64,000 bases of DNA from Octopus vulgaris (Eukaryota): positions 63,922,001 through 63,986,000 of the forward strand of contig OX597816.1 in NCBI GenBank assembly GCA_951406725.2, in the 5' to 3' direction. Below, piece after piece: positions 41,385 through 54,710 of this stretch. The notes below the pieces were generated by a model, which saw only the letters and a program-made list of their open reading frames with translations, was not told where the DNA came from and searched no databases. Numbering within the stretch: position 1 is the first letter of the stretch; each line of letters opens with the position of its first letter. Position numbers and translations under genes: made by a program.

Positions 41385-41547
41385 GGCGCAGGAGTGGCTG
41401 TGTGGTAAGTAGCTTGCTTGCCAACCACATGGTTCCGGGTTCAGTCCCACTGCGTGGCACGTTGGGCAAGCGTCTTCTACCAGAGCCTCGGACCGACCAA
41501 AGCCTTGTGAGTGGATTTGGTAGACGGAAACTGAAAGAAGCCTGTCT

Positions 41548-41584
<37 letters not shown>

Positions 41585-41805
41585 ACGTGTGTGTGTTTGT
41601 GTGTCTGTGTTTGTTCCCCCAATATCGCTTGACAACCGATGCTGGTGTGTTTATATCCCCGTAACTTAGCGGTTCGGAAAAAGAGACCAATAGAATAAGT
41701 ACTAGGCTTACAAAGAATAAGTTCCGGGGTTGATTTGCTCGACTAAAGGCGGTGCTCCAGCATGGCCGCAGTCAACTGACTGAAACAAGTAAAAGAGTAG
41801 AGTAA
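41385..41805 (+). mobile_element. SINE family A, intact reference copy
   Basis: A-box TGGCTGTGTGG, B-box GGTTCAGTCCC, CORE-like TTGGGCAAG.GTCTT, internal (TA)n(TG)n, purine-rich tail. Confidence 0.85.
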
Positions 41806-41971
41806 AATAATATATACATTTAACCTTAAATATATGCAAGAATATGGTTAAGTGTTTTCTTTTTAAGAAGAAACGAAATTCTTGATACGCTTCTGAAATC
41901 ATTAATATGAAGAAACATTGTGTGCATGTAAAGGATAAAATAAGCGAGTGGCAAGTTACAAGCCAGTGGTA

Positions 41972-42748
41972 AGGCGGCGAGCTGGCAGAAACTTTAGCAC
42001 GTCGGGCGAAATGCTTAGCGGTATGTTGTCTGCGGTTACGTTCTGAGTTCAAATTCCGCCGAGGTCGACTTTACCTTTCATCCTGTCAGGGTCGATTAAA
42101 TAAGTATCAGTTACGCACTGGGGTCGATATAAACGACTTAATCCGTTTGTCTGTCCTTGTTTGTCATCTCTGTATTTAGCCCCTTGTGGGTGGTAAAGAA
42201 ATAGGTATTTCGTCTGCCGTTACGTTCTGAGTTCAAATTCCGCCGAGGTCGACTTTACCTTTCATCCTTTCGGGGTTGATTAAATAAGTACCAGTTACGC
42301 ACTGGGGTCGTTATAATCGACTTAATCCGTTTGTCTGTCCTTGTTTGTCATCTCTGTATTTAGCCCCTTGTGGGTGGTAAAGAAATAGGTATTTTGTCTG
42401 CCGTTACGTTCTGAGTTCAAATTCCGCCGAGGTCGACTTTACCTTTCATCCTTTCGGTGTCGATTAAATAAGTACCAGTTACGCACTGGGGTCGATATGA
42501 TCGACTTAATCCGTTTGTTTGTCCTCTCTGTATTTAGCCCCTTGTGGGTGGTAAAGAAATAGGTAAATCGTCTGCCGCTACGTTCTGAGTTCAAATTCCG
42601 CCGAGGTCGACTTTATCTTTCATCCTTCCGGGGTCGATTAAATAAGTACCAGTTACGCACTGGGGTCGATATAATCGATTCAATCTGTTTTTCTGTCCTT
42701 GTTTGTCCCATCTGTGTTTAGCCCCTTGTGGGTGGTAAAGAAATAGGT
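41972..42748 (+). mobile_element. SINE family B tetramer: one head plus four ~184-bp units
   Basis: TACGTTCTGAGTTCAAATTCC recurs at 42037, 42221, 42405 and 42579; AAGTTACAAGC at 41953 and 42749. Confidence 0.85.
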
Positions 42749-42981
42749 AAGTTACAAGCAAAGGAAGGAACCGGACTATCATTATAAAATAAAGAACGAT
42801 TCACAGATAATTCGATTTATTCATTCAATTTCTCTCTTATACGAACACATTAATCAACGACATAAAAAAAGATTCTGCTACAAGAATGATTTGGTGCCAA
42901 TCAATCAGCGGCGTAACTACATATGACGTTCACTGCTGAAGATTTCAACTAACCGAACATTCGGTTAAATACGATGTAACA

Positions 42982-43346
42982 TGGGATGGAAGCACTCCGT
43001 CGGTTCGACGACGAGGGTTCCGGTTGATCCGGATCAACGGAACAGCCTGCTCGTGAATTTAACGTGTAAGTGGCTGAGCACTCCACAGACACGTGTACCC
43101 TTAACGTAGTTCTCGGGGATATTCAGCGTGACACAGAGAGTGACAAGGCCGGCCCTTCGAAATACAGGTACAACAGAAACAGGAAGTAAGAGTGAGAGAA
43201 AGTTGTGGTGAAAGAGTACAGCAGGGATCACCACCATCCCCTGCCGGAGCCTCGTGGAGCTTTAGGTGTTTTCGCTCAATAAACACTCACAACGCGATCC
43301 TATGACCGCGAGTCCGCTGCCCTAACCACTGGGCCATTGCGCCTCC
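42982..43346 (-). mobile_element. SINE family C, tail type 2
   Basis: TSD ACGATGTAACA at 42971-42981 and 43347-43357; near-identical to 60991-61373. Confidence 0.88.
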
Positions 43347-43459
43347 ACGATGTAACAATCTCAGTTGTGAAAATGATGTGAATTCCGTTTAGAAAGAACA
43401 TCAAGATCACCTGAGCAAAAAGAATATACGTTAAAATCCAGCAAACGTACGTTCAATAA

Positions 43460-44200
43460 GGAAATAGAAATAAGAGAATTAGACGAAGGACAGACTTATA
43501 ACTACTTCCAACAGAAAAGAAACAAACTCCTAGAGAATTATTAATATTATAGATTCATAAGAATAATACTTAAAATATATATTTCTAAATTGTAATAAAT
43601 TAATAATGTAATAGGTTTCAATACTCTTGCCATTCCATTAATAAGTTACATTTCGAATATTTCTCACCTGGCTCTTAAATAAACGTTTACGTACACATAT
43701 CAGAAAATACAGAAAAAAATGAAATAAATAAAAAAAATCATTTCTAAAATTTATATTTCTAGTGAACACAGTGAGACAGAATTATTTTGCAACTAAGAAA
43801 AAAACTAGTGTTCTAATATATTTTACTGTAGGAATAAGAAAAAAAAATACAAACACATTTAGTTAAATATGTATAAAAAGTAATACAGATTTCTACAACA
43901 CATTAAGAACAAAATAAAGGAGTAAAACAGAATGAAACAGAATAAAATAACTAGTTTTTGTATCGAGAGAAGCCAACAAAATAGAAATATAGAACAGAGG
44001 CTGGGATAACACCCAGCTGTGATGAAGATGGAGAAATAATAACAAAATGCAATGAAAAAACTCCAACAACTTAAAACTATGTATGAAACTAGAATATGTC
44101 ATGTTAAGAATTGGCAAGATTAAACATAGTAGATGTGTATAAAGAAAACGCTCAGCTCTGGCAGAGAACCCCAGGATTCAAAGCTGGAAAATAGCCCAAC
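43460..44200 (+). pseudogene. Old R4/Dong-type RT relic
   Basis: EIRELDEGQTYNY, IGFNTLAIPLISY and QLWQRTPGFKA align with EIKELDQSQTYK, IGINTLAVPVISY and QQWLRSSGLKA of the 28.5-32.6 kb element. Confidence 0.6.
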
Positions 44201-44289
44201 TATTATACTTCAAGTCCATTCCGAGAATATGTTTCCTAATTGACATATTATTTCAAAGAAAGACAACCTACATACTCACACACACGAAC

Positions 44290-44349
<60 letters not shown>

Positions 44350-44956
44350 ACACACACATACACACACACAGATACAAACAAGTACGTATATATGTATGGA
44401 TATGCGTGTGAATGTAGAGGTGCGTGTGTGTATGTTCGCATATGTGCGTATGTACATAAGTATGTATGTGCGTGCTTGTGTGTGTGTGTGTGTGTGTGTG
44501 TATGCATATATGCATGTACGTATCTATGTGTATTATTGAGAGAAGATACCATGTTACTTAAAAAGAAACCTAGATATAGAGATATCCAGAATGTGAGGAT
44601 TGAATATAGATATAATCTTAATAATTGGTGCGTCAGAAATGATAGGAAGGGATGTATGTAAACATAACAAAAACCCCAGAAGATATATACTATAATAACA
44701 CAGAAAATAGCGTAATGGAAGCACCCTTTACGTAGTAGGTCACCCTGTGAGAATTAACAACTAAATATCCTTGAAATCACACACAACCCACTGAAATCTG
44801 GATACACTAGATCATACTGCCGTACTTGCATTATTTCTGAATAGGAAACATGATGGGCTCGGATGGATTAATTTTCATCATAGCTCTGCCTGATCAGGGT
44901 TTATCTTGTGGATATCATCGACTTAGATAATTTTAAAGAACAATTCTAGGTAATGT

Positions 44957-45264
44957 TTGTTTGTTCCTTCTCGAGCCATGCCTGGCTCATCAGGGCCGGT
45001 TTCCCGGTTTTCTTTGGCGTATAGGTTTCCCACCTAGACGGGGGGGGGGCCAGTCCGTCGCAGGTAAGCTGCAATATGCAGGAGGAAAGCGTGAGAGAAA
45101 GTTGGGGCGAAAGAGTCAGCAGAAGTTCGCCATTACCTTCTGCCGGAGCCGCGTGGAGCTTAGGTGTTTCGCTCATAAATATACACATCACCTGATGTGA
45201 GATTGAAGCCGTGATCCCTCGGCAGCGTGTCCGCTGCTGTAACCATTAGGCTATGTGCCTCCAC
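44957..45264 (-). mobile_element. SINE family C, tail type 3
   Basis: TSD CTAGGTAATGT at 44946 and 45265; family C head and centre with a different tail (CCTGCGACGGACTGGC...GAAACCGGGAAACCGGCCCTGATGAGCC). Confidence 0.8.
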
Positions 45265-45346
45265 CTAGGTAATGTAGATATATTGATCTCTCTCTCTCTT
45301 TCTCTCTCTCTCGTTCACACACACACACACACACACACATCGTGAC

Positions 45347-45550
45347 GCTCCGTCGGTTACGACGACAAGGGTTCCAGTTGATCCGATCAACGGAACAGCT
45401 TGCTCGTGAAATTAACGTGCAAGTGGTTGAGAACTCCACAGAAACGCGTACCCGTAACGTAGTTTTCGAGGAGATTCAGCGTGACACAGAGTTTGACAAA
45501 GCTGGCCCTTTGAAATACAGATACAACATAAACAAGAAGAAAGAGAGAGA

Positions 45551-45585
<35 letters not shown>

Positions 45586-45740
45586 AGATGCGGTGAAAGA
45601 GTACACCAGTGGTTCGCCACCACCCCCTGCCGAAACATCGTGGAGCTTCAGGTGTTTTCGCTTAATAAATACACACAACGCCCGGTTTGGGAATCGAAAC
45701 CGCGAGTCCGCAGCACTAACCACTGGGCCATTGCGCCTCC
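45347..45740 (-). mobile_element. SINE family C, tail type 2, with (GA)n expansion
   Basis: Collinear with 42982-43346. Confidence 0.8.
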
Positions 45741-46174
45741 GCACACACACTCACAAACATATGTAGATGCGCACACTTACAAAACACGCACAGACGGCAG
45801 TGAGTTGGGAGGAGTGAAAGAGAGAGAGAGAGAGAGAGATTGAGAAAGAGTGTGAGAGAGAATATAGACATAAGAGATATCCACTCACCTGTGCAATAAA
45901 AGTACAGCTTAAAATAAGACTGCTGAAAGCAGGATGATGTACGTAAATACTTGAACAATTATCGCAAGGCATTTCTCTGACGGGTCTAACAATTCTACCA
46001 ACGCGTCGTTTTAATAATAATAATAACAAAAACTACAATAAAAAGAAGGGTAAATCCATCAACAATACTAATAATAGATTTGTACTCGTGTAACTATTTT
46101 TTAATGATCAATCTAGTGTGGCCTATTTATACAGTGGGTCTCTTTGTTCTAAGTGTCAGGAATAATAATAATTC

Positions 46175-46373
46175 TTTATTCTTTTATTTGTTTCGGTCAT
46201 TTCACTGCGGCCATACTGGAGCACCGCCTTTAGTCGAGGAAATCGACTCCAGGACTTATTCTTTGTATTGGTCACCCTTGCCGAACCGCTAAGTTACGGG
46301 GACGTAAACACACCAGCATCAGTTGTCAAGCGATGTTGGGTGGGGGGGACAAACACAGACACCTAAACATATA

Positions 46374-46407
<34 letters not shown>
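46175..46407 (-). mobile_element. SINE family A, 3' half (split by the PLE; 5' half at 60653-60907)
   Basis: Matches the reverse complement of 41600-41800 and ends in (TA)n. Confidence 0.85.
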
Positions 46408-46417
<10 letters not shown>

Positions 46418-46504
46418 TATTAGAGACAAAACCACTATTTTGCAAAACAAACAAGGAAAGACTTAATCAATACATAAAATTTTAATAAATAGTCAAAAAA
46501 ACCG

Positions 46505-46547
46505 CCACTACAATCGTTTCTTGTCTTGATCGACAATCTTCAGGTGG
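46505..46547 (-). ncRNA. Minimal type I hammerhead ribozyme (inverted arm)
   Basis: Exact reverse complement of 54434-54476. Confidence 0.8.
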
Positions 46548-49500
46548 ACTTCCAATCTAAAATATCAATATTTTAAAATATAAAAATAATAATTTTAAAA
46601 TAATTAAAGTATGAATGAAAAAATATAAATATATAATCCATATATAACCTATATATAATCCATATATAATCAATATATAAACAATATATAAACTAAAATA
46701 AACCTATCAACAATTAAATATAAAATATAAAATATAAAATATAAAACAAAACAAAAAAATAATAATAATATAATAATAAACTATATATACACCCATACAC
46801 ATATACCTAATTATATATAACCATATATAACTACATACACTAAATCACACACCTATATATATATCCCTATACATACACATAAAAACGTCTAGGCAACTAT
46901 AAATAAATAAAATAGCTAAATACTTCAACACAATACTTATTCATACTCCCACACACACACACATACAACCCACATTCACGCTCTAGAAAACGGACATCAC
47001 TCAAAATTATGAACGGAGAAATGGAATAAATGAAATTAAAAATTATATTCACTTGGTAAAACGAACACTACTTAAAAATTATGAATGAAACAATGCAATA
47101 AAACAACAGACATCGCAAATAGACACAAATTACTACGAATTCCTTAACAAACCCATAATGATAAACCAAAACTCATAAAAACATATAATGATAAAATCTC
47201 CCTTTACTAAACTCTATAACATACCTATATAGCAATCCCCCTAACCTAAACATTCACACACAAATACACACACGTAAACCACACACCCACGACATATACA
47301 AATACCCACACCACTTACACATACCAATACATACATATAAACCTCAACATATACTCCAAAAACCCACTCAACCCCACACAGACAAAAAAACACAAAAATT
47401 ATGAATGGATTCTTTTATAAAACTACCATGATAATCTAAAACTCACAAAACAGAAATGATAAAACCTCCCTTTACTAAACACTATAACATACTTATATAA
47501 CAATCCCTTTAACCTATACATTCACACACAAATACACACACATAAACCACACACCCATAACAAATACAAACATCCACCCCACTCACACACACCCACAAGT
47601 ACATATAAGCCTCAACATATACACCAAACAAAATTACTTTACCAAGGAACTTAACATATGTATAAAAAGTATAACCGCTCTGGAAACGAACATCTCTAAA
47701 TTAATGAATGGAGAAATGGAATAAATGGAATTAAAAATAATATTCACGTGGCAAAACGAACACCACTCAAAAATTATGAATGAAACAATGTAATAAAACA
47801 ACCAACATCGAAAATAGACAAATTACCACGAATTCCCTAAAAAAAACCATGATAAACCAAAACTCTTAAAAACATATAACGATAAAATCTCCCTTTGCTA
47901 AACTCTATAACAAACCTATATAGCAATCCCCCTAACCTAAACATTCACACACAAATACACACACATAAACCTCAGACCCACGACTTATACACATACCTAT
48001 ACTAACTTATAAACCTCAATATACACCAAAACCCACTCCCTCCCCACACAGACAAATTAACACATACATCCCAAAACCTAAATAACAAACCCATATACAC
48101 ATTCACACACAAACACACACACACGCAAAACACACACACACAACAGATACATATACTCCCTAACATATACGCATATACATACTCACTAAACTCGATATAT
48201 ACAACAATATTTACACACCCACACTCATACAGATAAATAAATTATACAACTAAAAACTCACACACAATCTCATATACATAAACACTCCTATGAAAACAAC
48301 ATTAAATACATCGTAATTAACCAGAATATCAAAAATAACAATATGACATAAGGATAAATAAAATACATACTTACAAGTCAGTTTCAAATTATGAAGTGAA
48401 ATTAAATTCTTAGCCGTTAAAAAAATCAAACCAATTACGTTACCATAGAAATAACTTATGTTAAAAAAAGAATACGCGCCATGGAAAGTAAACGTCATTT
48501 AAATTATGAATGGAGAAATAGAATAAATGGAACTAAAAACTATATCCACGTGGCAAACCAACACTACTTAAAAAAATTTATTATGAATGGATTCTTTAAA
48601 AAACTACCATGCAAAATCATTATATACATTTATGAGCTTTAGCTCACCTTAGCAGCTCTAACAAACAACTTGCAGTAACCCAAACCTATTCTCGATGCCT
48701 ACCTCACTACTACACTATTCCATTCACAATTCCAAGCAACGCTAGTCCACCACCCGGTTACAATTCCCAACTCCACCCATTCATTCACAATTTCAACGAC
48801 GTTCGCCTCCACAGCGCTACATATAAGCCTCAACATATACACCGGAGATTCACTTTCACATCCGTGCGGATGGGTGAGAGTATACATTGAGTGTAGTGAT
48901 GGGGCTCCCATTACTATACACATTTATACCTGTTTAGTAGTCTCCATGTGTATATTCACGCACGGGTATAAATGCAGGGGGTACACGCGCACGTCATTTG
49001 CGTGTACCCCCTCACATGTACATATGCATGCTATTTGGGCTCGATATATGCAACAATGTAATCGCGCCCGCATACATGCATATGGGCGAGTTGCACAATC
49101 GAAAAACGCACACGTGTGTGTGTGCGTTCCCTGGCTGTGCAATTCACCCATCTGGGTGTGAGTGGGTGTAAGCGTATCGCTGTGGATGTCGAGCTTGATA
49201 AGTATGTATATGAGTGTGTATTGGGGGGTTGTACGTATTTATTGTGTGCATGTGCTTCACGCACGTGCGTCCATGTATGGATGAATATATTGGGATTGCT
49301 ATGTGGGTGTAAATTGGGTATGGAGGGGGGAGTTTTGTCATTGTATGGGTGTGGGTTTCATTTGTGATGGTGGTTAGTTGGTGATCTTTGGTATGTTCTG
49401 TATATTTGGGTTAGTTATGTATTATTCTAGTGTGTATAATTGTATACATATGATTGGTGTGAGTGGGATTACGCCCATTTTTGGGGATGTATGTGTTTAT

Positions 49501-50054
49501 TTATCCGTGTGGGCCGGGAGTGGCCGTTAGGTGTATATGTTGAGGCTCACATGCAATTCCAGGTACAGCGAATGAAGTGGGCACTTATATTTGTTATGGG
49601 TGTGTGTACTTTATTATAACAGACAATACCCAAATAAAATCTGTCAATTCAACATACCAAATAAAAAACAAAAAACAAAGGGATCATAAACATTCACACA
49701 TACATACAAAACTCAATAAAAACACCACTAAATAACACCCATCAACATATAAATATATCCTCCAAAATACATATAACAAATGCATAATAAAAATACATAA
49801 TAAAATAAAATAAAAATAAAAAAATAAAAAAATAAAAAAATATATAAATAAAGAAAATAAAAAAATCTAATATAAATTATTAAAGTTTTAACATACCATA
49901 AACTGTTAAATTAATATACATTAAAAATGAACTAATTAAAACAAAGAAATATCAATAAAGACTAACTATAATTAAAGCCTAGACAACATAACCAAAAATA
50001 TTAACTAAACTAATTTAAACTAAACTAAAGTAACCTAAAAGGGAACTATTATTG

Positions 50055-52145
50055 CTATTTATCATGAAACTTATTATATAGGTAAAGTAACTTATGTCTG
50101 CATTTTATTTTGCGCTCTTCACCAGTATTAAGTAAATTATTATACTTATAAAATAAAATTTCTTTAAACTCATTAGAGCATAAATAACAACAATTAGCTC
50201 CTATAGTATATGATTTAGTTTTACAAATTGTTTCCCAAATTAAACTATAATTAATATTTAGTGATTTAAGACTCCAAATGTACTTACTAAGTCCGGTTGA
50301 GTTGATTAAGTTTTTATTTTTAAAAGAATTCATATGTTGTGCGATTCTTAGTTTTATTTTTGAGGAAGTAGAACCTATATAAACCGCTTTTGTGTAATTA
50401 TTATTCTTAAAGTTATTATCATGTAATGTAACTATACATTTATACACTACATCGTTAATATCACAATTATTATTTAATATACAATTAGATTTATCTCTAC
50501 ATGTACAATTAATATAAGTCTTATCATTATTAATATTATTATCAAATAATTTCTTTTTATAAAAATTATTCAGTTTATATTTATTAAATGAAGAAATAAT
50601 GTTACCAACATTATTAGTGGTAGAGTAACCAACTCCAAAATTATTAAAAGAGAAAATGTTTCTATATTTACGATTATCTCTAATAAATAGTTCTATAACA
50701 TCTAAAATCTCTTTAATAATATTCGTTTTTACTTGATCTCCATAAGGAACTATTAACCAAATTTTATTCTTATTAACCTTATTATTATTATCATTATTAT
50801 AAATATATTTATAATTCTTTATTTTATTAAAATTATTATCAGAATTATATCTATGTACAGCATTTAAGGAATTATTAATATTATTAAATTTATCAATATA
50901 ATTATTATAATAATTATTAAATTTATTTTTATTTTTATTATTCTTATTTATATTATTATTATTATATTTATTATTATTATTATTATTCTTATTTATATTT
51001 TTATCATTTTTATTATTTTTTTTATAATATCTATTATTTTTACCACTAAACCTAACAAAATTATAATTATTATTAGAAGTATCTCGAAAATTAACAATTA
51101 AATCTTTATCACTAATATTATAAAATTTAATATTCCTATTATAACCTGCCCCTCTAAGGGCCTCATTATAATAATTAGCATGTTTATTAAAAATCTCTAT
51201 ATCATAAGAGAGTAATGAAATACGTTTACTTATATTATTAATCAACGATTTTTTAATAGAAAATGGGTGATTACTATTAACATTTATATATCTAAGGTTC
51301 TCATTAAGTTTATGATATGGTTGTGTTTTACCTGTAATAAGATTAAAATTAACATCTAAATAATTAACATTATAATTCTCCTTATATATAGTAATACTTA
51401 AACCATATCTTTTAAAGAAACTATATAGTTTTTTCTTATATACTTCTAGATTCCTATTAGTACAATTCTTTGTAACTAGTAGAAGATCGTCTCTATATAA
51501 ACCACCCTCTATCTTAAGATTTTCTAATTGGAGTTCAGATAAAAGAAAAATACCTACTAAATCAGTAGCCTGTGCAGAATCTGGTGCTCCCATAGGTATA
51601 TCAAAACAATCTCTAGTATCATTCCTAGCCCATAATTTATTTTTATATTTAATTAGCGATTTCCTAGCCATTTTAATTACATTAACTTCTTCCCGTGACA
51701 TACCCACTTTATTCATTGCGAAAATAAGCGCTTTATTAAACACAATTTCATTAATAGAAGAATAATAATTATCTATATCTATTTGAATAAATTTATAACG
51801 ATTTTTATCTTTAATATTATTAAACCATTTCAATGTATTATTATTACTAAACCATAATTTTAAATAATTAAGTTTATTTAACTTATCAATATATTTATCT
51901 AAAATAAATTTACTTAATTTACCTAGGTCCGATTTACATGGGCAAATTAATCTAACTTTAGGGTCTGAATAAAAATTATCTTTATGGTCTTTAAGAGTAA
52001 TTCTGGGGTGCAAAGGTACATAAGGTTCAGTTTTATTATCCAACTCATATTTTAACATTACTACTTTAGAGGCCTTATTAATATTATAAAGAATATCATC
52101 TGGAACAATTTTATATTTTTTAATTATTTCTTTCCCTAATAGTTT
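50055..52145 (-). pseudogene. 5'-truncated inverted copy of the PLE ORF (open frame, 667 aa from an internal Met)
   Basis: Matches the C-terminal 667 aa of 54711-57227; the only difference I saw is EEVNV vs EEVNI; truncated at the inversion junction. Confidence 0.9.
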
Positions 52146-52146
52146 G

Positions 52147-54656
52147 GTTGAGGCTTATATGTAGCGCTGTGGAGGCGAACGTCGTTGAAATTGTGAATGA
52201 ATGGGTGGAGTTGGGAATTGTAACCGGGTGGTGGACTAGCGTTGCTTGGAATTGTGAATGGAATAGTGTAGTAGTGAGGTAGGCATCGAGAATAGGTTTG
52301 GGTTACTGCAAGTTGTTTGTTAGAGCTGCTAAGGTGAGCTAAAGCTCATAAATGTATATAATGATTTTGCATGGTAGTTTTTTAAAGAATCCATTCATAA
52401 TAAATTTTTTTAAGTAGTGTTGGTTTGCCACGTGGATATAGTTTTTAGTTCCATTTATTCTATTTCTCCATTCATAATTTAAATGACGTTTACTTTCCAT
52501 GGCGCGTATTCTTTTTTTAACATAAGTTATTTCTATGGTAACGTAATTGGTTTGATTTTTTTAACGGCTAAGAATTTAATTTCACTTCATAATTTGAAAC
52601 TGACTTGTAAGTATGTATTTTATTTATCCTTATGTCATATTGTTATTTTTGATATTCTGGTTAATTACGATGTATTTAATGTTGTTTTCATAGGAGTGTT
52701 TATGTATATGAGATTGTGTGTGAGTTTTTAGTTGTATAATTTATTTATCTGTATGAGTGTGGGTGTGTAAATATTGTTGTATATATCGAGTTTAGTGAGT
52801 ATGTATATGCGTATATGTTAGGGAGTATATGTATCTGTTGTGTGTGTGTGTTTTGCGTGTGTGTGTGTTTGTGTGTGAATGTGTATATGGGTTTGTTATT
52901 TAGGTTTTGGGATGTATGTGTTAATTTGTCTGTGTGGGGAGGGAGTGGGTTTTGGTGTATATTGAGGTTTATAAGTTAGTATAGGTATGTGTATAAGTCG
53001 TGGGTCTGAGGTTTATGTGTGTGTATTTGTGTGTGAATGTTTAGGTTAGGGGGATTGCTATATAGGTTTGTTATAGAGTTTAGCAAAGGGAGATTTTATC
53101 GTTATATGTTTTTAAGAGTTTTGGTTTATCATGGTTTTTTTTAGGGAATTCGTGGTAATTTGTCTATTTTCGATGTTGGTTGTTTTATTACATTGTTTCA
53201 TTCATAATTTTTGAGTGGTGTTCGTTTTGCCACGTGAATATTATTTTTAATTCCATTTATTCCATTTCTCCATTCATTAATTTAGAGATGTTCGTTTCCA
53301 GAGCAGTTATACTTTTTATACATATGTTAAGTTCCTTGGTAAAGTAATTTTGTTTGGTGTATATGTTGAGGCTTATATGTACTTGTGGGTGTGTGTGAGT
53401 GGGGTGGATGTTTGTATTTGTTATGGGTGTGTGGTTTATGTGTGTGTATTTGTGTGTGAATGTATAGGTTAAAGGGATTGTTATATAAGTATGTTATAGT
53501 GTTTAGTAAAGGGAGGTTTTATCATTTCTGTTTTGTGAGTTTTAGATTATCATGGTAGTTTTATAAAAGAATCCATTCATAATTTTTGTGTTTTTTTGTC
53601 TGTGTGGGGTTGAGTGGGTTTTTGGAGTATATGTTGAGGTTTATATGTATGTATTGGTATGTGTAAGTGGTGTGGGTATTTGTATATGTCGTGGGTGTGT
53701 GGTTTACGTGTGTGTATTTGTGTGTGAATGTTTAGGTTAGGGGGATTGCTATATAGGTATGTTATAGAGTTTAGTAAAGGGAGATTTTATCATTATATGT
53801 TTTTATGAGTTTTGGTTTATCATTATGGGTTTGTTAAGGAATTCGTAGTAATTTGTGTCTATTTGCGATGTCTGTTGTTTTATTGCATTGTTTCATTCAT
53901 AATTTTTAAGTAGTGTTCGTTTTACCAAGTGAATATAATTTTTAATTTCATTTATTCCATTTCTCCGTTCATAATTTTGACTGATGTCCGTTTTCTAGAG
54001 CGTGAATGTGGGTTGTATGTGTGTGTGTGTGGGAGTATGAATAAGTATTGTGTTGAAGTATTTAGCTATTTTATTTATTTATAGTTGCCTAGACGTTTTT
54101 ATGTGTATGTATAGGGATATATATATAGGTGTGTGATTTAGTGTATGTAGTTATATATGGTTATATATAATTAGGTATATGTGTATGGGTGTATATATAG
54201 TTTATTATTATATTATTATTATTTTTTTGTTTTGTTTTATATTTTATATTTTATATTTTATATTTAATTGTTGATAGGTTTATTTTAGTTTATATATTGT
54301 TTATATATTGATTATATATGGATTATATATAGGTTATATATGGATTATATATTTATATTTTTTCATTCATACTTTAATTATTTTAAAATTATTATTTTTA
54401 TATTTTAAAATATTGATATTTTAGATTGGAAGTCCACCTGAAGATTGTCGATCAAGACAAGAAACGATTGTAGTGGCGGTTTTTTTGACTATTTATTAAA
54501 ATTTTATGTATTGATTAAGTCTTTCCTTGTTTGTTTTGCAAAATAGTGGTTTTGTCTCTAATAATATTTTATAATATTTTACTATAAAATTGGATTTAAT
54601 CCTAAATCTGATTTTTTTCCCTGTAAATTTGGATTTATTCCCTAATATTTATTATT
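52147..54656 (+). repeat. Upstream pseudo-LTR (~2.5 kb, GT-rich, internally repetitive)
   Basis: Direct repeat of 58145-60652 at a ~5996-bp offset. Confidence 0.9.
54434..54476 (+). ncRNA. Minimal type I hammerhead ribozyme
   Basis: CCAC-CTGAAGA-TTGTC(GATCAA)GACAA-GAAAC-GATT-GTA-GTGG: stem I CCAC/GTGG, 5-bp stem II, intact core, GUA cleavage triplet, self-complementary ACGAUUGU stem III. Confidence 0.82.
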
Positions 54657-54710
54657 TATATAATATTGATAATTTTGTAAATTGAGTGTAATACCTCAAT
54701 TTCGTAAATT

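Noticed and set aside
41385-41460. tRNA-like sequences at SINE heads (also 1522, 2357, 36556, 61300)
   Set aside because: They continue directly into SINE bodies and lack a complete acceptor stem, so they are not called tRNA genes
41972-42748. Regularly spaced repeats resembling a CRISPR array
   Set aside because: Contiguous ~184-bp SINE units with no unique spacers and no cas genes; eukaryotic context
44965-45000. CTGATGAGCC...GGCTC on the minus strand in SINE tail 3
   Set aside because: No GAAA-stem III-UH geometry; better explained as a LINE-type 3' stem-loop
48250-48923. 82-aa and 74-aa ORFs repeated in the pLTR region (also 52483-52731, 58056-58280, 58481-58729)
   Set aside because: Their identity across copies reflects recent duplication; no domain features
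53038-53055. TTAGGTTAGGG telomere-like motif in the pLTR modules
   Set aside because: Only two imperfect units in a GT-rich background; likely chance
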